Positions 16,947 to 27,683 of a stretch of 64,000 nt of DNA are shown here, piece by piece; the stretch's first letter is position 1, and every line of letters begins with the position of its first letter. The translations under genes and the position numbers were made by a program. The notes under the pieces were generated by a model. That model ran no database searches, was not told the origin of the DNA, and was given only the letters and a program-made list of their open reading frames with translations. The stretch covers positions 140,976-204,975 of the forward strand of contig CAWCTI010000018.1 of assembly GCA_963798475.1 (NCBI GenBank), written 5' to 3'. This stretch comes from an uncultured delta proteobacterium. GTDB lineage: Bacteria; Desulfobacterota; Desulfomonilia; Desulfomonilales; Desulfomonilaceae.

Positions 16947-18377
16947 TCAACGGTGAGCCGTGTCTAGAATCTCAAGTCGGTTGTTGGCATCGGGATACAT
17001 CCTCGAAGGGCCTTCGGTTAGTATTGCGAGTTTTCCTTCCAGGCCATTAGTCTTGAGCCAGTCCGCGACAAAGGTGTTCCAGTTCTCTGGATGCTCAGCG
17101 GTGCATACCGGTATAACGCCTGATGAAAACTGCAACTGCTGACACGTGGTTTCCTGCGAGCTCACTGCGATGATCCAGATGGGAAGGCGGAATCGCGCGA
17201 TGCTCCTCGCCGTGCCGCCGCCGCGTGTGGGAACGAATACGGCTGCAAGGTCTGCGTACTCAAGGACGGTCTCGACACTCAAGTCGATGAGCCTTGCAGG
17301 GGGAACCTTGCCCTTGAGATCGATGCCCTTGAACAAGTCCTTGGCACTCACCGCGGTGCGATGTGGCTCGATGGCAGAGGCGATATTGGCAAGCGTCTCG
17401 ACAGAATCGACAGGGTAGTTGCCCATGGCCGATTCACCGGAGAGCATAACGCAGTCTGTCCCATCGAGGATCGCATTGGCCACATCGGTTGCCTCGGCAC
17501 GGGTGGGACGCCGATTGTTGGTCATGGATTCGAGCATTTGCGTTGCCGTGATTACGGGCTTGGCGCGCATGTTCGCCTTGCGCATGATCTGCTTCTGAAC
17601 TACGGGAATCTGCTCGATGGGCAATTCCACACCGAGGTCGCCACGGGCAATCATGACAGCGTCTGCCGCGGTGATGATATCGTCCAAGTGATCGAGCGCC
17701 CTTGAGCGTTCGATCTTGGCTATAATGAAGGGACGGTAACCAAGGGCAGCCGCTGCGTCTCGCACAGCTTGTATGTCTGCGGCATTTTCGACGAACGATT
17801 GACTCACGGCGTCCACACCGTTTTCGAGAGCGAACTTCATGCAGTTATGGTCATGTTCGGTGAAGGCGCGGATGCCGAGATCGAGGCCCGGGAGATTGAG
17901 CCCCTTGTGCGATCGCAGGTCTCCTCCTACGATGACCCGGCAACTGACATCACTGCCTCGAACCTGCTCAACATTGACCTGAATCAAACCGTCGTTCAAG
18001 TAGAGTATGTCTCCAGGCGCCACCACTTGGGGAAGGCGGGAAAAGGTTACCGAGACTCTGTGCGCATCGCCGACCACATCGTTAGTAGTGAGGGTGAAAA
18101 GATCACGAGGCTTCAGATTTATCGGTTCAGAGTCAAACGTCCCGATCCGCATTTTTGGACCGGGAAGGTCCGCCATGATGGCGAGACTACGACCGGTGGC
18201 GCGGGCCGCAGCCCGGAGATCCTCGATCACCTCCTTGTGGTCGGAGAAGTCACCGTGTGAGAAATTGAGCCGGGCTACGCTCATGCCGGCCAGTAACATC
18301 TTCTCCATAACATCACGGGATCGAGATGCGGGTCCTATGGTGCATACGATCTTGGTCTTGTTGTGTGGCAGTGTCAT
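16947..18377 (-). CDS. pyk: pyruvate kinase
   Basis: KTKIVCTIGPAS, ARLNFSHG, MIARGDLGVE and ATQMLESM motifs. Confidence 0.93.
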   Translation of the reverse strand: MTLPHNKTKIVCTIGPASRSRDVMEKMLLAGMSVARLNFSHGDFSDHKEVIEDLRAAARATGRSLAIMADLPGPKMRIGTFDSEPINLKPRDLFTLTTNDVVGDAHRVSVTFSRLPQVVAPGDILYLNDGLIQVNVEQVRGSDVSCRVIVGGDLRSHKGLNLPGLDLGIRAFTEHDHNCMKFALENGVDAVSQSFVENAADIQAVRDAAAALGYRPFIIAKIERSRALDHLDDIITAADAVMIARGDLGVELPIEQIPVVQKQIMRKANMRAKPVITATQMLESMTNNRRPTRAEATDVANAILDGTDCVMLSGESAMGNYPVDSVETLANIASAIEPHRTAVSAKDLFKGIDLKGKVPPARLIDLSVETVLEYADLAAVFVPTRGGGTARSIARFRLPIWIIAVSSQETTCQQLQFSSGVIPVCTAEHPENWNTFVADWLKTNGLEGKLAILTEGPSRMYPDANNRLEILDTAHR

Positions 18378-18475
18378 GGATATCCTCCATTGGAGTGAGG
18401 CTGAATCGAAGCGTTACACTTCAAAACGGGAGTGGGGATTTCATTTGGACAACCTTCAATAGAGCGACTCGGCAT

Positions 18476-19684
18476 TCACTTTGCCTTTTCGATGGCGCGG
18501 ATGGTCTGCTGGGCAATTTCGCGCTCTTCGTCTGTCCGGACCACGAGAACCCTCACCGATGCCCCGTCTTTCTGTATTCCGGCGATACTCCCCACGGCTG
18601 CCTCGTTCTTCGCTCTGTCGATGGCTATTCCCAAATGCTCCAAGCCCTCGCACGCGCGCTCCCTGATCACAGATGAGTTCTCACCTATGCCGCCAGTGAA
18701 CACAATGGCATCTACACTGCCGAGTACCGCGACATACGCGCCGATATATTTTTTGATCCGGTAGCAGAACATCTCGATCGCCAGTTTGGCGCGATCATTG
18801 CCCCTCCCGGCTTGATCGATAATTTCCCGCATGTCGTTCAGACCGCAGATCCCCTTGAGGCCGCCTTGCGAATTGAGCGATTTTTCGAGCTCATCTGCCG
18901 ACATGCCCGTCTCTCTCATCATGAAGAAGTGGAGCGTTGGATCGATGTCTCCAGATCTGGTGCCCATAATCAGGCCTTCCAGTGGGGTCAGGCCCATGGA
19001 AGTATCTATGCTCAGGCCCCTCTGGACTGCTGTTGCACTAGCGCCATTGCCCAGATGGAGCGTGATGAGATTGGTACTCTCAGGCGATTTGCCCAGGTAC
19101 CTGGCCGCCTCTTTCGACACGTAGTGGTGAGAAGTACCGTGAAACCCGTACCTGCGGACTTGATGTTCAGAATACCAATGGTGTGGCGTGGCGTAATGAA
19201 AGGCGTGGGGCGGAAGGGTCTGGTGAAACGCTGTGTCGAAGACCGCCACCTGAGGGACACCTGGGAACCTTTCTCGGGCGATTTCTATGCCGAGCAGATT
19301 GGATGGGTTGTGGAGCGGGGCCAAAGGGATGAGTCTCCGGATCGCAGCAGTCACCTCATCGTCGATCAAGATCGGCTCCCGGAAGGGTTCTCCCCCATGG
19401 ACCACACGATGGCCAATACCGAAGAGCTCAGACTCGTCCTGAATGATCCTGTGTTCACGATTTATATGTGCCATGAAATCGAACCCTTCCCCGTGATCTG
19501 CCAACCGCTTGGAATAGACCAGCTCTTCGAAAGTCCCGTCTCCCTTTCGCCTGCGTTGACGCAGACGTCCCTCACTCCCCCCGATCTTCTCGATGAGCCC
19601 CGTTGCAAGCATGACTAAGTCAGGGAGTTCAAACACTTCATATTTGATGGATGAGCTCCCACAGTTAATGACGGCGACCTTCAT
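18476..19684 (-). CDS. ackA: acetate kinase
   Basis: MKVAVINCGSSSIKY, GHRVVHGG, HLGNGAS and FTGGIGENS motifs. ATGA overlap with the pta stop. Confidence 0.94.
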   Translation of the reverse strand: MKVAVINCGSSSIKYEVFELPDLVMLATGLIEKIGGSEGRLRQRRRKGDGTFEELVYSKRLADHGEGFDFMAHINREHRIIQDESELFGIGHRVVHGGEPFREPILIDDEVTAAIRRLIPLAPLHNPSNLLGIEIARERFPGVPQVAVFDTAFHQTLPPHAFHYATPHHWYSEHQVRRYGFHGTSHHYVSKEAARYLGKSPESTNLITLHLGNGASATAVQRGLSIDTSMGLTPLEGLIMGTRSGDIDPTLHFFMMRETGMSADELEKSLNSQGGLKGICGLNDMREIIDQAGRGNDRAKLAIEMFCYRIKKYIGAYVAVLGSVDAIVFTGGIGENSSVIRERACEGLEHLGIAIDRAKNEAAVGSIAGIQKDGASVRVLVVRTDEEREIAQQTIRAIEKAK

Positions 19685-21777
19685 AGTGTCACTCCCGCTG
19701 TTTGAGCCTGAATTGCCGTAATCGCTATGGTGTTGACGATGTCAGTCACCAGAGCCCCGCGACTTAGATCGTTGACAGGCTTGTTGAGCCCCTGGAGCAC
19801 TGGCCCAATGGCAACGGCATTGGCAGCTCGTTGCACTGCTTTGTAGGCATTGTTGCCGGCGTTGAGATCCGGGAAGATGAAGACCGTTGCACGGCCTGCA
19901 ACTTCGCTCTCGGGCAGTTTCACTTTGGCAACCTCAGGATCGACGGCGGCATCGTACTGGATGGGCCCTTCCAACTTGAGATCCGGACGGAGTCGCTTCG
20001 CGATACGAGTCGCCTCCTTCACTTTGTCAACATCGACTCCCTTGCCGGATTCTCCGGTCGAATACGACAGCAATGCAACCCTAGGCTCAATCCCGAAGCT
20101 TTGGGCAGTCTCAGCGGAACTTATGGCGATGTGTGCAAGTTGCTCCGCATTCGGATCTGGGTTGATAGCACAGTCCCCATAAACCAGAACACGGTCCGGA
20201 AGGCACATGAAGAACACGCTGGAGACAATCAAGCAACCCGGTTTTGTCCTAATGAACTCCAGGGCAGGACGAATCGTGTGCTGTGTCGTGTGGACCGCGC
20301 CCGAAACCATCCCATCGACGATCCCGCGGTGGACCATCATGGTTCCGAAGTAGCTCACATCAGCCATGGCGTCGAGGGCCATCTGTAAGGAGATCCCCTT
20401 GTGTTTGCGGAGTTCAAAGTAGGTCTGTCCGAAATCCTCCCGAAGTTCTGATGCAGCAGGATCGATGATTTTCACGTCACCAAGGGATAGCCCTAGGAAA
20501 GTGATCTTTTCCTTGACCTCACGAATATTTCCGAGCAGCGTGATATCGACAACATCCCGCAGGCGCATGATTTCTGCAGCCCTGAGGATCCTTTCCTCGG
20601 CGCCTTCGGGTAGAACGATGTGCTGACGCTCCGACCGGGCTCTGCTCAGGAGATCGTGCTGAAACATGAGCGGTGTCACGCGGGAGGAACGCATGATGGC
20701 CATACGCCGCTCCAGTAGGTCCACGTCGATATTTGACTCGAAAACCCCAATGGCACCGGCAATCTTCCTCTGGTTATCCTGGGTTATTACGGCGCGGATG
20801 GAATTCACCATTGTCGCCGTTGCAAAGGTGTCGGTCCCTACACAGAGGATGGGCACAGGAGAACGTTTCAGGCCTTCCAAAAGACGCAGCACCTGAGGTA
20901 CCGGCTTGAAGCCGCCTGTGAGAATGATGCCAGCAACCCCGGGATAGGAGGTGGCTACATCAGCAACGAGGGTCCCGATCAAGATATCGGATCGGTCGCC
21001 GGGCGTGATAACCAGGCTGCCTTCTTCCAAATGGTCGAGAAAGTGGGGCAGTTCCATCGCTGCCACCTTGTAATGATCCACCTCGCGGTCAAGGCGATGG
21101 GGATCTCCGTGCAGCATCTCCGCCCCCAGAGATCTCTCTATTTCGGCGACAGTAGGCTTGTCGAGGAGAGGGTGATCCGGCATGACGAAAACAGGAATCC
21201 CATCTGGCGCACCCTTCTGAAATTGAGCCGCCGCCTCCATCATATCATCCGGTGCGACCCTGTTGACGATAACCGAAAGAATGTCACATTTCTTTGCTTC
21301 CAACAGCTCTGCCAGCCCCATCACTTCATCGAAGATCTCTCCGACGTTCCTTCCCTGTCCTGCGACAACAGGCACAAGGGGCGTACCAAGGTTCCGCGCA
21401 ACTTCGACATTGAACTCAAACTCCAGCGCTGTTTGCATAGCTTTGTAATCGGTGCCCGTGCACACTACAAAGTCGCATTCATGCTCCACGGCCCGGTATT
21501 TTTCGAGCACCCGGCTGTACAATTCGTCTTCCTTGTTACTGGAGGCCAAGTCTCGCGCACAGGCATAGGTGGCGCCAAACATGCTCTCTTGGGGAGTCGT
21601 GACCTCGTACCGGCTCATGACGAGGGCTAATAAGTGATCTGAGGTCCCATCCTCTACAACCGGCCGGAAGAAGCCGATCTTCCCACCATGCCGCGCCAGC
21701 AGCTCCATCGCTCCGAGTACGACCACTGATTTTCCGCTATGTGGCCCGGTCCCTGTGATGTAAATGCCCTTTGACAT
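19681..21777 (-). CDS. pta: phosphate acetyltransferase, long form (AAA-like/DRTGG N-part + PTA_PTB domain)
   Basis: 698 aa. N-terminal GTGPHSGKS, and a C-terminal PTA domain (LSYSTGESG, NAGNNAYK). Translationally coupled to ackA. Confidence 0.93.
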   Translation of the reverse strand: MSKGIYITGTGPHSGKSVVVLGAMELLARHGGKIGFFRPVVEDGTSDHLLALVMSRYEVTTPQESMFGATYACARDLASSNKEDELYSRVLEKYRAVEHECDFVVCTGTDYKAMQTALEFEFNVEVARNLGTPLVPVVAGQGRNVGEIFDEVMGLAELLEAKKCDILSVIVNRVAPDDMMEAAAQFQKGAPDGIPVFVMPDHPLLDKPTVAEIERSLGAEMLHGDPHRLDREVDHYKVAAMELPHFLDHLEEGSLVITPGDRSDILIGTLVADVATSYPGVAGIILTGGFKPVPQVLRLLEGLKRSPVPILCVGTDTFATATMVNSIRAVITQDNQRKIAGAIGVFESNIDVDLLERRMAIMRSSRVTPLMFQHDLLSRARSERQHIVLPEGAEERILRAAEIMRLRDVVDITLLGNIREVKEKITFLGLSLGDVKIIDPAASELREDFGQTYFELRKHKGISLQMALDAMADVSYFGTMMVHRGIVDGMVSGAVHTTQHTIRPALEFIRTKPGCLIVSSVFFMCLPDRVLVYGDCAINPDPNAEQLAHIAISSAETAQSFGIEPRVALLSYSTGESGKGVDVDKVKEATRIAKRLRPDLKLEGPIQYDAAVDPEVAKVKLPESEVAGRATVFIFPDLNAGNNAYKAVQRAANAVAIGPVLQGLNKPVNDLSRGALVTDIVNTIAITAIQAQTAGVTL

Positions 21778-21958
21778 TTCCCGACTCCTACAGTGGAACT
21801 TTCTCTTCCACGGATGCAGTCCTAGCGTCCCTACAAGGGCGCCGATGATGGCGCCACAGCAAGGACCAGTTCATCAAAAACCGGCCCACTTCCGGACTGA
21901 GAAGGCAAAAAAACCTGCCCCATTTGTTTTGCATTGCAGATTTGTCGCCGGCCTAACA

Positions 21959-22906
<948 letters not shown>

Positions 22907-22952
22907 TCATCCTTTCCGGTTTTGATTTGATTGTCTAAAAGAATTGCATTAT

Positions 22953-25004
22953 TCACCGTAGCAGCACCACGATGGACCTGGCTTTCACCACATGCTCGAG
23001 ACTGGAAATGGGGTGTCCTTTCCCCGTCTCCGCAATGTCCTCAGGGCTTGCAAGGCTGGTGTCCACAACGCTGCGCCACTCCTCCGCCCGGCCTTCCTGT
23101 ATGGTGAAAATCAGGTCCTCCCAATAGACATTGATCAACACGTATAGGTCGTTGTCTCTGAGTCTCGATCCACTCAGAAAGTAGGCGAGCGCTCTCGATT
23201 CCCGTGAAAGAGCCACCCCCTCAGAGGTTCCATACCAATGCACATCCTCACGCCAGTAGCGGCTCCGTCCTATGGATGGATGGGCTTTTCGAAAGGCGAT
23301 CATGCTTTTGAAAAAGCGAAATATGTCACGATTGCGCTCTAGAAGATCCCAATCCAGCCAAGTGGTTTCATTGTCCTGATTGTAAGGGTTGTTATTCCCT
23401 TTCTGCGTGTTCATGAATTCGTCGCCCGCGCAGAACATGGGGGTTCCGTTCGCTAGCATGAGCAGGCAGAAGAAGTTCTTGATCTGTTGCCTCCGCAGCG
23501 CCATGACTTCACCCGAAACTCCTGAATCGCCTTCCCAGCCACAATTCCAGCTCAAGTTGTTATTGGTTCCGTCCGTGTTGTTGTGGCCGTTGGCTTCGTT
23601 ATGTTTTTCATTGTACGCCACCAGGTCATAGAGGCAGAAACCGTCGTGGGCCGTTACGAAATTAACGCTCTGGTATGGACGGTACACCTCAACCGGGCCG
23701 TCTGGAAAAAGGTCATCACTGCCGTACAGACGCCGCATCAAAGCTCCGACCATACCCGCGTCTCCTTTCACGAAGGCGCGGACGTCGTCACGGAATTTCC
23801 CGTTCCACTGCCGCCACGTCAGACCCGGGAAACTTTGGCCGAGCAGGTAACTGCCGATATCCCATGCCTCTGCAACAAGTCTCACGTCACGCATGTATCC
23901 GAGCAGACCAATTTCACCGATCAGCGCCGGATCCACTGTGTCGACGGCGCCATAAAGTGTGCGGGTGAATATCGAGGCCAGATCAAACCGGAACCCGTCT
24001 ATGTGCATGTTTTCTGCCCAATGGTTCAGGCTGGACAGGATGAGTGCCCGAACGATGGGGTGCGCGCAGTTCATCGTGTGGCCGCAGCCCGTGTCTTTGA
24101 CGTATTCACCGGTTCCCTGCCTGACAAGGTAGTAGCTTTTGTTGTCGATGCCCCGATAGCTATAAGTAGGGCCATCCGCGCCGGCCTCGCTAGTATGATT
24201 GTAGACCACATCCAGCCAAACTTCGATTCCGGCTGCGTGAAACGCCTTCACCATCCCCCGAAATTCCCGGGCGGACTCGCCTGCCGCGTATTCATGGTGG
24301 GGAGAAAAGAAGTTGAGGGTCATGTAACCCCAGTAGTTGCCCTCTTGAGGATCGAACTGATGGATGGGAAGGAGTTCCACTACGGTAACTCCGAGGTCCT
24401 TGAGATAAGGAATCATCTCCTTAAGCCCGGCAAAGGTCCCTCTTTCTTCCGGGGTCACGCCCGAGTTGGACCGTGCGGTGAACCCTTTCACGTGGAGCTC
24501 GTAGACGATGAGATCGTGGGCGTGGCGAGGACGGGCGTCCGCACCCCAGTCGAACGCATGTGGATCCTTAACAAGCCTCCCCAGAGGGGCCGTCCCATCC
24601 GTGGGGCCTGGCTCCGAGGCCGAGGAACGACTGTATTCTGACGGGAAATAGACGGAAAAAGCGAATGGATCGAGGAGCACTTTTTGAGCATCAAAGCGGT
24701 GGCCGCTTGAAGGGTCTTTAGGCCCATCGATCCGGTATGCGTAGAGAGTGGCCCCGCGAAGTTCTTGCTCCGGTACCCGACAATGCCATATCAGGCCAGT
24801 TTTGTTGAGGATGGGGTCAAGAACGAAGAGCCGGACCGGGTTTGCAGGATCGTACTCGGTATAAAGGAGCAGAGTGACACTACTGGCGTGGCGCGAATAC
24901 AGGGCAAAGTTGAACCCTAGTTGGGATTCCACCCAAGTTGCGCCGAGGGGCCATGGGTCTCCTTCGACTCGTCCGTGTCCATCAACTACTTGACAAGATA
25001 GCAT
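22953..25004 (-). CDS. glgX: glycogen debranching enzyme (GH13 isoamylase type)
   Basis: GH13 conserved regions DVVYNHT, IDGFRFDLAS, VAEAWD and FVTAHDGF. Start placed at MLSCQVVDG (25004). The ORF is open to 25160, where it would overlap glgP by 14 nt. Confidence 0.88.
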   Translation of the reverse strand: MLSCQVVDGHGRVEGDPWPLGATWVESQLGFNFALYSRHASSVTLLLYTEYDPANPVRLFVLDPILNKTGLIWHCRVPEQELRGATLYAYRIDGPKDPSSGHRFDAQKVLLDPFAFSVYFPSEYSRSSASEPGPTDGTAPLGRLVKDPHAFDWGADARPRHAHDLIVYELHVKGFTARSNSGVTPEERGTFAGLKEMIPYLKDLGVTVVELLPIHQFDPQEGNYWGYMTLNFFSPHHEYAAGESAREFRGMVKAFHAAGIEVWLDVVYNHTSEAGADGPTYSYRGIDNKSYYLVRQGTGEYVKDTGCGHTMNCAHPIVRALILSSLNHWAENMHIDGFRFDLASIFTRTLYGAVDTVDPALIGEIGLLGYMRDVRLVAEAWDIGSYLLGQSFPGLTWRQWNGKFRDDVRAFVKGDAGMVGALMRRLYGSDDLFPDGPVEVYRPYQSVNFVTAHDGFCLYDLVAYNEKHNEANGHNNTDGTNNNLSWNCGWEGDSGVSGEVMALRRQQIKNFFCLLMLANGTPMFCAGDEFMNTQKGNNNPYNQDNETTWLDWDLLERNRDIFRFFKSMIAFRKAHPSIGRSRYWREDVHWYGTSEGVALSRESRALAYFLSGSRLRDNDLYVLINVYWEDLIFTIQEGRAEEWRSVVDTSLASPEDIAETGKGHPISSLEHVVKARSIVVLLR

Positions 25005-25146
25005 TTTGTCTTCTCGACAGAAATAGGCATCTGAATTGGGTTTGGCCTCGCGAAAGATGCCCGAGTGGTTGCGAAACCTGGGACGAAAGGAACAGCGTCT
25101 CGTTGCGCCTGAAATAACCCCTTTGCGATGGTAGAAGAGTGGTTCT

Positions 25147-27660
25147 TCATGCTTCCCCATCGTCAGGTTCTTCCAGACTGACCGGTACGGGACTTACCTT
25201 CCAAATTTCATCGCAATACTGCCTAATCGTGCGATCGGATGAAAACTTTCCCATTCGAGCTGAATTGAGGATAGACATTCGTGTCCAGGCGTCTTGGTCG
25301 CGGTACGTCTGGCTGACCCGATCCTGACAGTCCACATACGATTGATAATCGGCGAAAAGCAGGTACTCGTCATGATAGAGCAGCGAATCAACAAGAGGTT
25401 TGAAAAGCTCGGTATCCCCTGAAGAGAAATATCCGGATGCTATGAGGTCTATTACGGCTTTCAATCGATCATTCTTTTCATAAATATCACGTGCTCGATA
25501 CCCCTTTGACTTCAGATCGTAAACCTCCTCAGCCGTGAGCCCGAACAGGAAGAAGTTCTCTGGCCCAACTTCTTCTCTGATTTCGACGTTGGCGCCATCC
25601 AGAGTGCCAATCGTGAGCGCTCCGTTCATCGAGAACTTCATGTTCCCTGTTCCTGAAGCCTCCTTGCCCGCCGTAGAGATTTGTTCGGATAGGTCTGCGG
25701 CTGGATAGATCAACCGAGAATTCTTTACATTGAAATTGGGGAAAAAGACCACCTTCATGCGATCTCGTACGTCCGAATCGCGATTCACAACTTCCGCCAC
25801 GGCGTTGATCAACCTAATGATCAATTTTGCCATAAAATAAGCTGGTGCGGATTTTCCTCCGAAAATAAATGTCCTGGGCACAATCTCCACATTAGGGTTC
25901 TGCTTTATCCGGTTGTACAATGTCAGAATGTGCAACACATTCAGGTGCTGTCGTTTATATTCATGAAACCGCTTAACCTGTATATCGAAGAGTGAGTCCG
26001 GATTGACAATAATCCCTGTGAGATTTCGGATCGCTTCGGCCAAATCTGTTTTGTTCAGTTTCTTGACACGACTCCACTGAGTCTTGAACTCCTTGTCATC
26101 GGCAAGAGCCTCAAGTTTCCTGAGTTGGCCCAGGTCTGTGATCCATCCATCTCCGATCGTGCCGGTGATCAGGTCCGCCAGTCGGGGATTACTCAACACC
26201 ATGAAGCGCCGAGGAGTCACGCCATTGGTCTTGTTGCTGAATTTTTCCGGAAAAAATTCAAAAAAGTCTTTTAAGACATGGGTCTTAAGTAGCTCAGTGT
26301 GCAACTCTGCAACTCCATTGATTGCGAAGCTTCCTACGCAAGCCAGGTTTGCCATGCGCACGTATTTTACACCGGTTTCGTCGATCAAAGACATCCGAGC
26401 CGCTAGATGGTCGTCTCCTGGGTGCTGCGCTCGAACCTTTTCCAGAAACCGATGATTGATCTCGAATATAATTTCCAAATGCCTGGGAAAAAGCGATCGG
26501 AATAACGGTAGGGGCCACTTCTCCAGAGCTTCAGGCAACAGGGTATGATTTGTGTAGCCAAAGGTTTTTTGGGTCACATCCCAGGCCTCGTCCCATCCCA
26601 GACCGTGTTCGTCGACGAGAAGGCGCATTAATTCGGGTATGGCCAGCGCCGGGTGTGTATCATTGAGTTGGACTGAAAAAAGTTTGTGAAATTCTTTTGG
26701 AAGTAAATCGCCGATAGACAATATATGGAGCATATCCTGCAATGAACAGGAGACAAGAAAATACTGCTGTTCCAACCTAAGCTGTTTTCCCTGGGCCGGT
26801 TCGTCGTTGGGATATAGCACTTTTGTAATGTTCTCCGAAAAGATCTTCCGATCGACAGCGCCGTAATAATCCCCGATATTGAATGCCTGAAAATCGAAAG
26901 ATTCGGTTGCTTCGGCTTTCCAAAGCCTCAAGGTGCTACAGGTGTTCACCTTATATCCAAGTACAGGGGTATCGTAAGCAACTCCTTTAACCACTTGATC
27001 GGGAATCCATCGGGCCTGAAGAGATCCATCGTCTGATTGAACATGCTCCGTATGGCCACCGAACTTAACTTCAAAAGCAATTTCCGATCTATGACTCTCC
27101 CATGGATTTCCCATAGATAACCACTTGTCCGTGGTTTCAACCTGTTTTCCGTCTTCAATACTCTGGGAAAAGATCCCGAATTCATAACGTATTCCGTAAC
27201 CTATCGAGGGAATTTCCAGAGTGGCAAGAGAGTCCAAAAAACAGGCGGCTAGTCGACCAAGCCCTCCATTTCCCAACCCGGGTTCCGGTTCGTGCTCCAA
27301 AAGGGCATTCCAATCTTCTCCTAACTCCTCGGCAGCTTTACGCACTTCTTCATAAATCCCCAGATTGATCAAATTATTAGCAAGCTGAGGTCCAATCAGA
27401 AACTCTGCGGAAAGATAGCTTACCGCACGAAGCCCCCCTTTAAGGTAAGTTTCGCCACTTCGAACCCATCGGTGCAGCAAACGATCCTTTACCGCGTAAG
27501 CGAGAGCCATGTACTTATCGTTCAGTGTAGCTATTGCGGGAATTTTTCCTTGAGAGTATTTAAGGTGCTCCCTAGCGCCACTTTTGATTGCCGCAATGGT
27601 TAAGCCTATACGACTCACCGAATCTCTTTCGATTTCACTCCGTCCGGAATTTTGTTGCAT
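25147..27660 (-). CDS. glgP: glycogen/maltodextrin phosphorylase (GT35)
   Basis: PLP-lysine motif EASGTGNMKFSMNGAL, about 830 aa. ATG 27660 is preceded by gtgagga. The track start at 27666 is TTG. Confidence 0.93.
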   Translation of the reverse strand: MQQNSGRSEIERDSVSRIGLTIAAIKSGAREHLKYSQGKIPAIATLNDKYMALAYAVKDRLLHRWVRSGETYLKGGLRAVSYLSAEFLIGPQLANNLINLGIYEEVRKAAEELGEDWNALLEHEPEPGLGNGGLGRLAACFLDSLATLEIPSIGYGIRYEFGIFSQSIEDGKQVETTDKWLSMGNPWESHRSEIAFEVKFGGHTEHVQSDDGSLQARWIPDQVVKGVAYDTPVLGYKVNTCSTLRLWKAEATESFDFQAFNIGDYYGAVDRKIFSENITKVLYPNDEPAQGKQLRLEQQYFLVSCSLQDMLHILSIGDLLPKEFHKLFSVQLNDTHPALAIPELMRLLVDEHGLGWDEAWDVTQKTFGYTNHTLLPEALEKWPLPLFRSLFPRHLEIIFEINHRFLEKVRAQHPGDDHLAARMSLIDETGVKYVRMANLACVGSFAINGVAELHTELLKTHVLKDFFEFFPEKFSNKTNGVTPRRFMVLSNPRLADLITGTIGDGWITDLGQLRKLEALADDKEFKTQWSRVKKLNKTDLAEAIRNLTGIIVNPDSLFDIQVKRFHEYKRQHLNVLHILTLYNRIKQNPNVEIVPRTFIFGGKSAPAYFMAKLIIRLINAVAEVVNRDSDVRDRMKVVFFPNFNVKNSRLIYPAADLSEQISTAGKEASGTGNMKFSMNGALTIGTLDGANVEIREEVGPENFFLFGLTAEEVYDLKSKGYRARDIYEKNDRLKAVIDLIASGYFSSGDTELFKPLVDSLLYHDEYLLFADYQSYVDCQDRVSQTYRDQDAWTRMSILNSARMGKFSSDRTIRQYCDEIWKVSPVPVSLEEPDDGEA

Positions 27661-27683
27661 GACCAATCCTCACATAAACTGAT

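Noticed and set aside
23583-24641. 352-aa plus-strand ORF
   Set aside because: It lies entirely antisense to glgX, whose GH13 motifs are unambiguous. The translation is Arg/Val/His-rich with no recognisable domain, which is typical of a shadow ORF. The same reasoning applies to 18812..19618 (antisense to ackA), 31485..32210 (antisense to the RND adaptor), 14987..15646 (antisense to pfk), 21031..21630 and 19831..20388 (antisense to pta), 49018..49614 (antisense to the binding protein) and 61037..61684 (antisense to the sulfatase).
25005-25160. 52-codon N-terminal extension of glgX
   Set aside because: The extension (MGKHEEPLFYHRKGVISGATRRCSFRPRF...) is basic and low-complexity, overlaps the glgP stop, and precedes the conserved isoamylase N-terminus that begins near MLSCQVVDG. 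The shorter start is preferred but not proven.
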